Origin: an uncultured Alphaproteobacteria bacterium
GTDB lineage: Bacteria > Pseudomonadota > Alphaproteobacteria > Rhizobiales > Beijerinckiaceae
Assembly: GCA_963702825.1 (NCBI GenBank)
Contig: CAVPEE010000026.1
Coordinates: 1,608 to 65,607, forward strand
Length of the DNA: 64,000 nucleotides
Direction: 5' to 3'
In this document: positions 38,486-49,751 of the stretch, one piece after another
Numbering within the stretch: position 1 is the stretch's first letter
Layout of the letters: each line of letters begins with the position of its first letter
The notes under the pieces: model-generated
The model's database searches: none
What the model was told of the DNA's origin: nothing
Seen by the model: only the letters and a program-made list of their open reading frames with translations
Position numbers and translations under genes: made by a program

Positions 38486-41394
38486 GAGCCTTGTTGCTGC
38501 GCCGCGGCTCGCCGCGCCGGCCGAAGCGCGCCGGCGCCTTACGGAGCTGCTCGAGCGTTCTCCGGGGGCTAAGCTTAAGCCCGAACTCGAACGCGGCCGC
38601 ACGCGCGATGTTCTTCTCGGCCTCGCCGATCATTCGCCTTATCTCTGGACGCTGGCTCAGGAAGACCCTGCGCGGCTCGTCCGGCTGCTCAAGGGTTCGC
38701 CCGGCGCCTCGCTCGATTCGCTCGTTCAAACGCTCCTCTCGCGACGCGACGAGAACGAGGCGGATCTCATGCCGGCGCTTCGCCGCGCCAAGCGCGAAGC
38801 CGCGCTCCTGGTTGCGCTTGCGGATGTCGGCGGCGTTTGGGACGTCGTTGCGGCGACTGAGGCGCTGACCCGTTTCGCCGACGCCGCTGTCCGCGCCTCG
38901 CTCGCGTTCCTGCTGCGCAAGCATGCGCGCGCCGGACTCTTGGCGCTCGACGCGGAGGCGCCAGACATCGAGAACGGCTCGGGCCTCGTCGTGCTGGCGC
39001 TCGGCAAGCATGGCGCGCGCGAGCTCAATTATTCGAGCGACATCGACCTCATTGTCCTCTTCGACCCAGCCGCGACATCGATTCCGCAAGGAACCGAGCC
39101 AGGCCCCTTGTTCGTGCGTCTGACCAAGGCGCTTGCGCGCCTGCTTCAGGAGCGGACGGGCGAAGGCTATGTGCTGAGGGTCGATCTGCGGCTGCGGCCC
39201 GATCCGGCCTCGACCCCGGTCGCGCTCTCAACGTCAAGCGCCTATCAGTATTACGAGACGGTCGGCCAGAATTGGGAGCGTGCAGCGCTGATCAAGGCTC
39301 GTCCGGCGGCGGGCGACCTCAAGCTTGGCGAGCGCTTCCTGGCGGACCTCGCACCATTCATCTGGCGCAAGTATTTCGATTACGCGGCGATCGCTGACAT
39401 CCACGCGATGAAGCGCCAGATCCATGCCGTGCGTGGCCACGAGCAAGTCGTCGTGCCTGGCCACGATGTCAAACTTGGACGCGGCGGCATCCGCGAGATC
39501 GAGTTTTTCGTCCAGACGCAGCAGCTTATTTTTGGCGGACGGCGCCCCCAGATGCGCGGATCGCGCACCCTCGACATGCTGCAGCAATTGTGCGCCGACA
39601 AGTGGATCAGCGCGGACGCGGTCGATGACCTAAGCTCGGCTTACGCGTTTCTCCGCCGTGTCGAACATCGGCTGCAGATGGTCGCCGATGAGCAGACGCA
39701 GCGCCTTCCATTCGAGCGAGAGGCGCTGACGCGCTTCGCCAAGTTCTGCGGTTATGCGCGGGTCGACGGCTTTGTGAAGGATCTCACTCATCACCTGACC
39801 CAGGTCGAGCGCCACTATGCGCGGCTGTTCGAGGACGCGCCGGAGCTCAGCGTCGCCTCGGGCGATCTTGTTTTCACGGGCGTCACCGACGATCCGGCGA
39901 CGCTCGCCACCCTGCAGGCGCTTGGCTTCCAGCGTCCGGAAGCCGCTGCGGAGACCGTTCGCGGCTGGCACTTCGGTCGACGCGCGGCGGTCCGCAGCGC
40001 CCGTGCGCGGGAGGTGCTGACGGAATTGACGCCGGCGCTGCTCGAAGCCTTCGCCGGATCGGGCGACGCGGACGCCGCGCTTTCCGCCTTCGACGAAGCC
40101 CTGGCGCGCATGCCCGCCAGCGTCGAGCTCCTGTCGATCCTGCGCTCGAACGCATCGTTGCGCGAGTTGTTCGGCGACGTGCTCGGCAGCGCCCCGCGGC
40201 TGGCCCAGGTGATCGCGAGCCGACCGCACGTGCTCGACGCAGCCATCGATCCGGCGCGCAGCCCCGACTTCGACCTGAGCTTCGGCGATGAGGCGATGGC
40301 CGAGCGGGTCGAGACGTTTGTATCCCAGGGGCAGAGCTTCGAGGAGGCTCTGAACCGGGCGCGCGACTTCGCCGCCGAAGAGACGTTTCATATCGGCCTC
40401 AATCTCTTGTCGGGGCGCCTCGACCCCGACCGGGCGGGCCGCGCCTATAGCGCGCTGGCGCAGGGGCTGATCGCCGCGCTGCTCAAGCGCGTGATCGAGG
40501 CCTTCGCGGCCGAGCACGGGCGCATTCGCGGCGGTCGGGTCGCGATTGTCGCGCTCGGCAAGCTCGGCTCGCGCGAAATGACCGCGGCCTCCGATCTCGA
40601 CCTCATGCTCATCTACGACTTTCCCGCCGAACGCGAGCGAGTCGGACGGCCGGAAGCGACTGGGTCCGAGCCTTTACTATGCGCGCCTGACGCAGCGGCT
40701 CATCTCCGCTCTGACGGCGCCGACCAAAGCTGGCCGCCTGTACGAGGTCGACATGCGGCTCAGGCCCTCCGGGCGCCAGGGTCCGCTCGCAACCCAGTTC
40801 GCGTCGTTCAAGCTCTACCAGCAGGACGAGGCGGAGACCTGGGAGCACATGGCGTTAACCCGCGCGCGGTTCGTCGGGGGCGATGCGAGCCTCGGGGCCG
40901 ATCTCGCCAAGACAATCCGACAAACGGTGACCCGAGAGCGTGACTCCGCCAAGATCGCTCAGGAAACGCACGCCATGCGTCGGCTGATCGCCAAAGAAAA
41001 GGGCGAGAATGACATCTGGGACCTGAAGCTTGTCGCGGGGGGTCTTATCGAGATCGAGTTCATCGCCCAGTATCTGCAATTGGCCTTTGCGCACGACCAT
41101 CCGGCGATCCTCGACGTCTCGACACGGAAGGTCGTGGAAGAGGCAGGCCGCGCCGGTCTGATCACGGCCGAACAGGCTGAGGTCCTCGTCGACGCGCATC
41201 GGCTGTACACCGACGCGACGCAGTTCATGCGCCTGTCGACCTCCGGCCCTTTCGATCCCGCCAAAGCTGCCGCAGGCGTCAAGCGCCGCATCGGCGCGGC
41301 GAGCGGCTTTCCCGACTTTGAGGCGTTCGCGGCCGCGCTCGGCGATGCGCGCAAGAGCGTGCGTTCTGTTTTCGAGGCGATTGTCGGCAGCTAG
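38466..41394 (+). CDS. glnE: Glutamine synthetase adenylyltransferase/deadenylylase (frameshift near 40632)
   Basis: Two NT domains: LGKHGARELNYSSDIDL and LGKLGSREMTAASDLDL; VDLRLRP; KLGRGGIREIEF. Confidence 0.93.
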
Positions 41395-41395
41395 A

Positions 41396-42846
41396 CTAGG
41401 ACCGGCCCGGCGCTTGGCGCCACGACGCCTCGATCTCTTCCAGCGATCGGCCTCGCGTCTCCGGCACGCCGACCATGACCCAGACGAGTCCGATCACGCA
41501 GAAGCGCGGCGAACATCCAGAAGGTGTAAGCCTGCCCAATCGCCTTGACGACCGACAGGAAGAATCCGCTGACCAGGAACGCCGCGCCCCAGTTGACCGC
41601 GGTCGCCACCGCCACGGCCCGTCCACGAATCTCGTTTGGATAGATCTCGTTGATAACGGTCCATGTGACCGGGCCAGCCGAGAACGCGAATGAGATGATG
41701 AAAACGACAAGCGCGACGAGCGTGATCACGCCCGCCGAGCTTCCGAGGCTGCCCTGCGTCCCCGATTGCCAAAACGCAAAGCCGACCACGGCAAGGCTGA
41801 GCGCCATGCCGATGAGACCCGCGATCAGGAGCGGGCGCCGGCCGAGGCCATCGATGAAAGCAATAGCGATGAAGGTCGAGAGCACGTTGACCGCGCCGAT
41901 CCCCCAGGTGGTGGCTTGGGCTTGCTCTGCGGGCGTCGCAAAGCCCGCAGCGGCGAAGATGCTGTTGGAGTAATAGATGATGGCGTTGATGCCGGTGAGC
42001 TGCTGCAGGACGGCAAGCCCAAGGCCGATTATCAGCGGCGTTCGCCAGCGCGGCGCAAATACCTCCGCCCAGGACGGCGTTTTGACCTCAGCGCGCAATG
42101 ACTTCGCGATCGCCGCGAGTCGCGCCTCGGCGTCATGCTCGGCGCCGAGAGCGACGAGCGTGCGGAGAGCGTCCTCGCGGCGTCCAACCTTAACGAACCA
42201 GCGCGGGGACTCGACAGCGATCAGCACGGCGAGCGCGAGGAGGGCGCCGGGGACCGCCGCGACTCCCAGCATCGTGCGCCAACCATCGGGACCGGCAAGC
42301 GCCTGGTTGACGAAATAGGCAACGAAAATGCCGGCTGTAATCGCGAGCTGATAAGACGAAACGTACCGCCCGCGCTGCGCGGCAGGGGCGAGTTCCGCCG
42401 CATAAAGCGGAGCGGCGACCGCAGCAACGCCAACGCCGAAGCCAGCCACGAGCCTGCCAAAGACGAGGATCGGCACGTTAGGGGCGAAGGACTGTACGAG
42501 CGCGCCGATGATGAAAAGGCCCGCCGCGACGAGCAGCGCGCGCTTGCGGCCGAAATGGTCGGCGACGAAGCCGCCCGCAATCGATCCGAACATGGCGCCG
42601 AGCGTGACCCAGCTGGTCACGATCTCAAGCGCGATCGCGCCGACCGCGAACGCCTTCTGGATGCCGAGGAGGGCGCCTGAAATGACCCCCTGGTCGTAGC
42701 CGAAGAGCGCGCCAGCCAACAGAACGACCGCGAACGACGCTCGCGGCGCGGGCAAAGGGAAGATGATCGGGGACCGAAGCGGGGAGTTCGCCTCGCGGAC
42801 CGCCGCTGGGATCGGTTGTTGCGCCGCGCCGCGTTGTCTCCGCCAT
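41396..42846 (-). CDS. Sugar porter family MFS transporter (frameshifts near 42750 and 41510)
   Basis: LFGYDQG, DHFGRK, ESPRW, QQLTGINAIIYY, EIYP..IRG, PETRG.SLEEI. Confidence 0.9.
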
Positions 42847-42882
42847 GCCCCCCATGCCCTCTTTTGACTGCAGGAAAGAGTT

Positions 42883-44335
42883 CTAAAAGAAATCGACCGT
42901 CGTTCTCACGCCTAGCACAAACGCATTGCGATTCGTCGGGTTCGTATAGCCACCCGGACAGATCACGTATTGCGCGTCGAGTTTTAAGTTCAGCCAGGGC
43001 GTCGTCTGCCACCCATACCAGGCTTCCGTTACGTATTCATTTCGCTGCACAAAGCCGGGGCCGACGCCCAAGGCGTTGGCCAAGATTTGCGCATTGGCGA
43101 TATACGGATTGACGTGCGTCGTACCGACTGCAATCCCATATCCGTCCTTAGGCCTCCAGGGCCCGAGGCCATATTGCACGATTCCCCCGAAGATCTGGTA
43201 GTCCGTGGTGGACGTGCGGCGATCCGCATAAGAGGCGAGGAGAAAGACGTTCAGCCCATTGTTCTTGGGGTCCGGGTTGTCGGGAGCACGGGCGAGTTGC
43301 TGCTGCAGCACGGTGGAAAACCCGTAGCGTCCGTGGCCGTAAACCCCGGGCAGTCCTGACACCAGGATCGGCTCTCCATTGATGCTGGTCGCGACATTCG
43401 CCGCCCCGTCGTTGCTCCACCAACCGCCAACTTGGTAGCTTCCCGCGAGGCCATTGAATTTTGGCGTCCATGCGATCTCGGCGGGGAAGATGGCGCCTTG
43501 CGACTCGCCGGGGAAGGCGGGCAAAGACGCGGGATTGGGCGTCGTATCAAGGTAGGCGGTGTTCGAATCGAAAACGCCGGCCTTGAAATAGCCCTCGGAC
43601 CCGAAATTTACCTTGGCCACGGCGGCCCACTGGCTGACCGGCCAGTTGTAGATGTAATCGCCGACCAGGTTGCCGGCCTGGCCGGGGCAAAAGGTCAGAT
43701 TGATGAAATCGCAAGGGTAGGTGAAAAACTCGTCGCCGAACGCGAGGCGGCCGGCGGTGGTTTCGATCCGGTCGTCGAACCATTTTTGATCCCAGGCGAA
43801 TTGCTCCAAGCGGAGGATGTTGCCGCGCCCATAGACTTCGTTGAGCAATTGCAGCGCCGGGATGCCGGCGTCCGTGGCGGCGTCTCGGCCCCAGCGATCC
43901 ACCAGCGTCACCAGGACCGAAGTGCCTTGGAGACCCAAACTCTTTTGCAAGTCGAATTGGGCCTGCAAGGCGACTTGCCCAGCCTCCTGGGCTATGCGGC
44001 GCTCGCCGCCGGAGAGGTTCATCACCGCTTCGTCGACGCCGGTCAGCGAGACCGTGATGCCGAGATCGTTCAGCTTCGAGCGGATGCCTGGCCATTCGCC
44101 GAGAAGATGCGGCGTGGTCGCGAAATAATCGGACGGCAGCGCCGGCAAGATGAGAAATTGCGGGGACCCGGCCGAAGCGCCTGAAGCCGACACGACGGGG
44201 ACGCCGGAGCTTGCGTCACGCCTTGGCCTTCCTGGGATGGCGCCGAAGCGTCTCCGGGCGGCGCGTCAGCGGCAAGCGCCGCGGACCCGGCGAAGCAGGA
44301 TGATGCATGGAACCGGCCACTCCACGGACCAGCAT
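42883..44335 (-). CDS. Carbohydrate-selective porin (OprB family), N-terminus frameshifted
   Basis: LLGEW.G.R..L.D.G, CDFINLTFC, YNWP, terminal Phe. RBS precedes ATG 44335. Confidence 0.85.
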
Positions 44336-44570
44336 CGCTTTCCTCCATTCCTTGGACTTTTTGGGCGAACAAGGCGCCTTACATTATGGCTAGGATAGCA
44401 TAGCGTTCGGCGCTGCGGGTCGGCCCGTACAATTCAGCACCCCATTTTTAGCGAGGCGCCCCGGGAACCGCGACCGCCGAGTATGCGTATCTACGCCTTT
44501 TTCCCAAACCCCCTGTAGCAGATCGGCGCTGATTGCCGCCAGTGCTGATCACGCGCATTTGATGTCTTGG

Positions 44571-44660
44571 CTATAGTCGTCCGCCGCTCAAGCCGACCGC
44601 GCCGATCGTCCCGCCCTCTACGACAATCGGGAATCCGCCGCCACTCCGCTCATAGTTTGC
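44571..44660 (-). pseudogene. GlcG/HbpS heme-binding family C-terminal fragment
   Basis: GGGFPIVVEGGTIGAVGLSGG motif with no intact N-terminus. Confidence 0.45.
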
Positions 44661-44786
44661 GGCTAGCGCCGCCGGCGATCCAACCGGCGGTGTTGCGGTG
44701 CGCTGCTCTGCCGCTCTACGACAAGCCGCTCGGTAACGAACAGCGCTCAGCTGAGGCCGGCGCGAGGGAAAGGTGGGATCTTCGCC

Positions 44787-45656
44787 ATGTCGACACTCCG
44801 TGAAGTTCTGAACGCCCGCCCCAAGGACCGTGTGATCGCAGCGCCGGGCGTCTACGACATGGTTTCGCTGCGGATGGCGGCGGCGATGGGCTTTGAGGCG
44901 CTCTACATGACCGGCTATGGCGCGGTCGCGTCCCATCTTGGGCTCCCCGACGCCGGGCTTGCCAGTTACGCCGACATGGTCGGTCGGGTCGAGGCCATGG
45001 CGCGCATGGCGGAGGCGCCGCTCATCGCCGACGGCGACACCGGCTATGGCGGGCTCCTCAATGTGCGCCACGCCGTTCGCGGCTATGAGCGGGCGGGCGC
45101 GGCCGCGATCCAGCTCGAGGACCAGGAATTCCCCAAAAAGTGCGGACACACGCCTGACCGCCGCGTCATTCCGGCTGACGAGATGGTCCGCAAGATCGCA
45201 GTCGCCGCGGAAGCGCGAACAAGCCCCGATTTTCTCATCATCGCCCGCACCGACGCGCGAACGTCAAAGGGTTTGCCCGAAGCAATCCGTCGCGCTCGCG
45301 CTTACGCCGAGGCCGGGGCGGACATGCTGTTCGTCGAGTCGCCAGAGACAGAAGACGAGATGGCCACAATCGGCCGCGAGCTTGGCGACAAGCCGCTCAT
45401 CGCCAACATGGTCGAGGGCGGACGCACGCCGATGTTGAGCAACGCGCGCCTCGCCGAGATCGGCTACGCGCTCGCCATCTATCCGGTCGCGGGCCTCCTC
45501 AGCGCCGCCGCGGCGTTGGACACGGTTTACCGGCAGATCCGCGACACGGGCTCGTCGCTCGGCTCATCCGCGCCGCTCTATTCTTTCGCCGAGATGAACC
45601 GGCTGATGGGATTTGAGGAGGTGTGGCGTTTTGATCGGGCGCATGCAGAGACTTGA
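44787..45656 (+). CDS. Isocitrate lyase / PEP mutase family protein
   Basis: PGVYD, ADGDTGYG, LEDQ..PKKCGH, IIARTD. Confidence 0.92.
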   Translation: MSTLREVLNARPKDRVIAAPGVYDMVSLRMAAAMGFEALYMTGYGAVASHLGLPDAGLASYADMVGRVEAMARMAEAPLIADGDTGYGGLLNVRHAVRGYERAGAAAIQLEDQEFPKKCGHTPDRRVIPADEMVRKIAVAAEARTSPDFLIIARTDARTSKGLPEAIRRARAYAEAGADMLFVESPETEDEMATIGRELGDKPLIANMVEGGRTPMLSNARLAEIGYALAIYPVAGLLSAAAALDTVYRQIRDTGSSLGSSAPLYSFAEMNRLMGFEEVWRFDRAHAET

Positions 45657-45699
45657 GGCAGAAGCGAGCGGCGACGGCGAACTCCGCCAAATGGTGGCT

Positions 45700-45899
45700 T
45701 CGAGCAAACGACCATGACAACACTCCTGGACGACAATCCAAGCCTGAAGGCCATCATCGGCGACGTGATGACCTCCGCCTATCGATACGCGCGCCGCAAA
45801 GCGGCGATCGAGATGGATATGGCGGAGGATACGTTTCCGGCGCAATGCTCGTGGAATTTTGCGCGCGCGATGGATGAAGGCTTTTGGCCGGGCGGCTAA
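45700..45899 (+). pseudogene. DUF29 family C-terminal fragment
   Basis: LLDDNPSLK..AY..AR..A..E....FP.QC.W....DEGFWP. Confidence 0.55.
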
Positions 45900-45927
45900 C
45901 AGCGCGACTAAAGCCGTCGGACAAACA

Positions 45928-47214
45928 ATGATGACGACAATAGCGGCCGCGGGGACAAACGAAACGCCGCGCGCAGGCGTCGGCAAGATCGCGCTCGCGA
46001 GCCTCGTCGGCACGACGATCGAGTTCTACGACTTCTATATCTTCGGCACCGCGGCGGCGCTCGTGTTCGGGCCGATGTTCTTCCCGAAATCGGCGCCCGA
46101 GACGCAGACTCTAAACGCCTATCTGACCTTCGGCCTCGCCTTTCTCGCGCGGCCCGTCGGCTCGTTCCTGTTCGGCCATTTCGGCGATCGCATCGGACGC
46201 AAATCCACACTCGTCGCGACCATGCTGACCATGGGGCTCGCGACGACGCTGATCGGCGCGCTGCCGTCCTACGCAAGCGCGGGCGTTTTCGCGCCGTTGG
46301 CGCTTGCCGCTTTGCGTTTCGTTCAAGGGGTTGGGCTTGGCGGCGAATGGGGTGGAGCGGCCCTGATCGCGGTCGAAAACGCGCCCGAGGGCAAACGCGC
46401 CTGGTACGGCATGTTCCCTCAGCTCGGGCCTCCGATCGGCTTCCTGATTGCGACTGGCCTGTTCCTTCTGTTGCTCATCGGATTCGGCGAGGCCGCCTTT
46501 GTCGATTGGGCGTGGCGGGTCCCCTTTCTCTTGAGCGCCGTTCTTGTCGCGATCGGACTCTATGTGCGCGTCTCGCTCGAGGAGACCCCGGCGTTCAGGG
46601 CGATCGAGCAGGATCGGCGCGTCGCTGTTCCGCTCGCCGCCATCCTGCGAGACCATCTGGCCCCTCTGATCCAGGGGTCGCTCGCGATCGTCGTCTGTTA
46701 TGCGCTCTTCTATATCGCGACCGTTTATATGCTGGGTTACGGCGTGCGGGCGCTCGGAATTCCGCGCGTACACTTTCTCGGCTTGCTGTGCGGGGCGGTT
46801 GTCTTCATGGCGCTCGCAACCCCGCTTTCCGCCGCGCTCGCGGACCGTTTTGGCCGGCGGCCGGTGCTGCTCGTTTCCGCCGTCGTCGCAATCGCAGTCG
46901 GATTGGCGATGCCCGCTCTGCTCTCGGGCGGTACGGTCGGCGTGTTCGCCTTCCTCGCGCTGGCGCTCGGCGCGATGGGCCTCACCTTCGCGCCGCTTGG
47001 CGCGCTTTTGCCGGAGCTCTTTCCGGTCCCCGTCCGCTACACCGGCGCGGCCAGCGCTTACAATCTCGGCGGCATCCTCGGCGCCTCTTTCGCGCCGTCG
47101 CTTGCGCAGATTCTGGAGGCGAGCGGAGGCGTCGCCTGGGTCGGCTATTACATCGCCGTGGCGGGCGTGATCAGTTTCCTCGCCGTGTTCAGCATGCGGG
47201 AGACGCGCGGATAG
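45928..47214 (+). CDS. MFS transporter, metabolite:H+ symporter family
   Basis: GTTIEFYDF, RPVG..FGHFGDRIGRK, GGEWGGA, EETP.F. Confidence 0.92.
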   Translation: MMTTIAAAGTNETPRAGVGKIALASLVGTTIEFYDFYIFGTAAALVFGPMFFPKSAPETQTLNAYLTFGLAFLARPVGSFLFGHFGDRIGRKSTLVATMLTMGLATTLIGALPSYASAGVFAPLALAALRFVQGVGLGGEWGGAALIAVENAPEGKRAWYGMFPQLGPPIGFLIATGLFLLLLIGFGEAAFVDWAWRVPFLLSAVLVAIGLYVRVSLEETPAFRAIEQDRRVAVPLAAILRDHLAPLIQGSLAIVVCYALFYIATVYMLGYGVRALGIPRVHFLGLLCGAVVFMALATPLSAALADRFGRRPVLLVSAVVAIAVGLAMPALLSGGTVGVFAFLALALGAMGLTFAPLGALLPELFPVPVRYTGAASAYNLGGILGASFAPSLAQILEASGGVAWVGYYIAVAGVISFLAVFSMRETRG

Positions 47215-47285
47215 CGCTCTCCGCGAGGCGGGAGACTTGCCCTCCTGCGCCGCAAACCTGCTATCCGCCGCGCCTTCACGGAAAA

Positions 47286-47331
47286 CGTGGGAGAACGCCC
47301 GGTCGCCAGCCGGATCAAACGTTCGCACCAC
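47286..47331 (+). promoter_or_regulatory. Candidate L1-binding leader of the rplK-rplA operon
   Basis: CGTGGGAGAACG...CGTTCGCACCACG hairpin with an asymmetric internal loop upstream of rplK. Confidence 0.5.
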
Positions 47332-47397
47332 GAACTGCAAACATGGCGTAGCCTTCGGGGCGACCTGACGGCTTACGTCTGCGCATGGAGCAGCCTT

Positions 47398-47847
47398 ATG
47401 GCGAAGAAAATTACCGGCTACATCAAACTGCAAGTGCCGGCAGGCGCGGCCAATCCGTCGCCGCCGATCGGTCCCGCGCTTGGCCAGCGCGGCCTCAACA
47501 TCATGGAATTCTGCAAGGCCTTCAATGCGCGCACCGCGCAATTGGAAAAGGGCGCGCCGATCCCGGTCGTGATCACGGCCTATCAGGACCGCTCCTTCAC
47601 CTTCGAGATGCGCCAGCCGCCGGTGACCTTCTTCTTGAAGAAGGCGGCGAACCTCAAGATCGGCAAGAAGCCGGCTTCCGGCTCCAAGACGCCGGGCCGC
47701 GGCTTCGTCGGCAAGGTGACCAGGGAGCAGGTGCGCGAGATCGCCGAGAAGAAGATCGTGGATCTCAACTGCGATACGATCGAGGCGGCGATGAAAATGA
47801 TCGAAGGTTCGGCCCGCTCGATGGGCCTGCAAGTGGTGGAGGGCTGA
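47398..47847 (+). CDS. rplK: 50S ribosomal protein L11
   Basis: [37 protein letters not shown]. Confidence 0.97.
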   Translation: MAKKITGYIKLQVPAGAANPSPPIGPALGQRGLNIMEFCKAFNARTAQLEKGAPIPVVITAYQDRSFTFEMRQPPVTFFLKKAANLKIGKKPASGSKTPGRGFVGKVTREQVREIAEKKIVDLNCDTIEAAMKMIEGSARSMGLQVVEG

Positions 47848-47850
47848 TCC

Positions 47851-48564
47851 ATGGCGCATCACGGCAAAAGAGTTCTCAAGTCGCGCGAGTCGGTCGAGCG
47901 GACCAAGCTTTATGCGCTCCAAGAGGCGGTCAAGCTGGTCAAGACCAACGCCACCGCCAAATTCGACGAGACGGTTGAGCTTTCGATCAATCTCGGCGTC
48001 GATCCCAAACACGCGGATCAGATGGTGCGCGGCGTCGTCAACTTGCCCAACGGCACAGGGCGCACGTTGCGCGTTGCGGTGTTCGCGCGCGGGGCCAAGG
48101 CCGAGGAAGCGCGCGCGGCCGGCGCGGATGTGGTCGGAGCGGAGGACCTCGTCACCCAGGTGCAGGGCGGCGAAATCAACTTCGACCGCTGCATCTCCAC
48201 TCCCGACATGATGCCGCTCGTCGGCCGTCTCGGCAAGGTGCTCGGCCCTCGTGGACTCATGCCGAACCCGAAGGTCGGCACGGTGACGATGGACATCAAG
48301 TCGGCGGTTGCGGCGTCAAAGGGCGGCTCGGTCGAATTCCGCGCCGAAAAGGCCGGCATCGTCCAGGGCTCGGTCGGCAAGGCCTCGTTCGGCGAAGACA
48401 AGATTGCCGAGAATGTTCGCGCCTTCCTCGATGCGGTGAACAAAGCGAAGCCGCCGGGAGCCAAGGGCCATTACGTCCTGCGCGCCGCCGTCTCCTCGAC
48501 GATGGGCCCGGCCGTACGGCTCGACCTCGCGACGCTGCAGACGACGCAGTCGGTCGGGACGTAG
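47851..48564 (+). CDS. rplA: 50S ribosomal protein L1
   Basis: [34 protein letters not shown]. Confidence 0.97.
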   Translation: MAHHGKRVLKSRESVERTKLYALQEAVKLVKTNATAKFDETVELSINLGVDPKHADQMVRGVVNLPNGTGRTLRVAVFARGAKAEEARAAGADVVGAEDLVTQVQGGEINFDRCISTPDMMPLVGRLGKVLGPRGLMPNPKVGTVTMDIKSAVAASKGGSVEFRAEKAGIVQGSVGKASFGEDKIAENVRAFLDAVNKAKPPGAKGHYVLRAAVSSTMGPAVRLDLATLQTTQSVGT

Positions 48565-48591
48565 CAAACACATTTCACGCGAAATACCAGG

Positions 48592-48620
48592 CGGGCCTTC
48601 GCGAGAAGGCCCGTTTTTTT
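48592..48620 (+). terminator. Rho-independent terminator after rplA
   Basis: CGGGCCTTC-GCGA-GAAGGCCCG followed by T7. Confidence 0.88.
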
Positions 48621-48657
48621 GCGCCCTTTTCTTGCGCGAGCGCGAGCCGAAGCGCCC

Positions 48658-49741
48658 CTACTTTATCTCTTCGATCTGGTCGTGGCTGAGCACCCAGACA
48701 TGGGCCGGCAGAGGGATAAAATTGGCGTTGGCGAGATATTGCGCGTTCGTTTCGTCGGGCGCGATCGCCCAGAGCAGAAAACTGCGCAGCGCCGCCGCGG
48801 TCTCGGGGCTCGGCTGCTTTTTCGCGACGACCGCATATTCATAGTTGATCAACGGATAGGCGTTGGCGCCCGGCGCGTTGACGAGCGTCAGGCGCTCGTC
48901 TTGCGGGGTGCGAGGCCAGAGCGCGGCGGCGGCGGCCTCGATTGCCTGAGGCGTCGGCAGCAGGAATTCCCCGTCATAGCTCCTGAGCGCGGCGGTCCCA
49001 ATTCCGGCTTTGGCGACATCCTCGTGAAAGCTCACGCCCACGTAGCCAATCGAATAGGGCGTGTCGTGGATCTTGGCGATCATTCCGGCATTGCCGTCGG
49101 CGGTTAGGGCGTTCGGCGCAGCGGCCCACGCAATGGTGGTGCCGTAACCTGGGCTGTACTCCCAGGACGGGGTGGTGAACGTCAGATATTGGGTAAAGAT
49201 GAACGTGTCGCCCGAGACGTCGCTTCGATGGATCGGAACGATCGGGTTGTGGGGCAGCTTCACGCCCGTGTTGATCGCGGCGATCGCCGCGGTCGTCCCA
49301 CGACTGGATCTTGCCGGAGTAGATGCCTGCGAGCGTTGGGCCGTCGAGCTTCAGATTCTGTCCGTTGAGGTCAGGGATATTGTAGTTGACGGTCTGCGCC
49401 GAGATCGCCATCGGCACGTTGATGATCAGCGGATTGTCCCTGACCTGCGTGTCCGACATATAGGCGTCCGACACGCCGATCTGCGCCGCGCCCGAGATCG
49501 CCTGCTCGACCCCTGCGCCTGAGTCGGTCGGGGCGGCGGTGATGGCGACTCCGGGATGGGTCTTGGGATAGTCGGCGGCCCAAATCCGGAACACGGGATA
49601 AATGAGGGTCGATCCCGTTTCCGCAAGCGTGACTTGAGCGGCGGAAGCCCGCGGGCTTGGCGCCGCAACGACCGCAAGGAAGCTGAACGCGAGAGGCCCG
49701 CACAAGCGGGCGAGGATCATCGGCCTAGCCGGACAAAGCAT
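48658..49741 (-). CDS. pstS: Phosphate-binding protein PstS (frameshift near 49290)
   Basis: ETGSTL.YP, SGAG, GVSDAY, HRSD.SGDTF.FT.YL, SIGYVG, YPLINYEYAVV. Confidence 0.88.
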
Positions 49742-49751
49742 GGCGTCTCTC

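Noticed and set aside
40600-40680. Programmed frameshift in glnE
   Set aside because: No slippery sequence seen; consistent with the window-wide indel errors.
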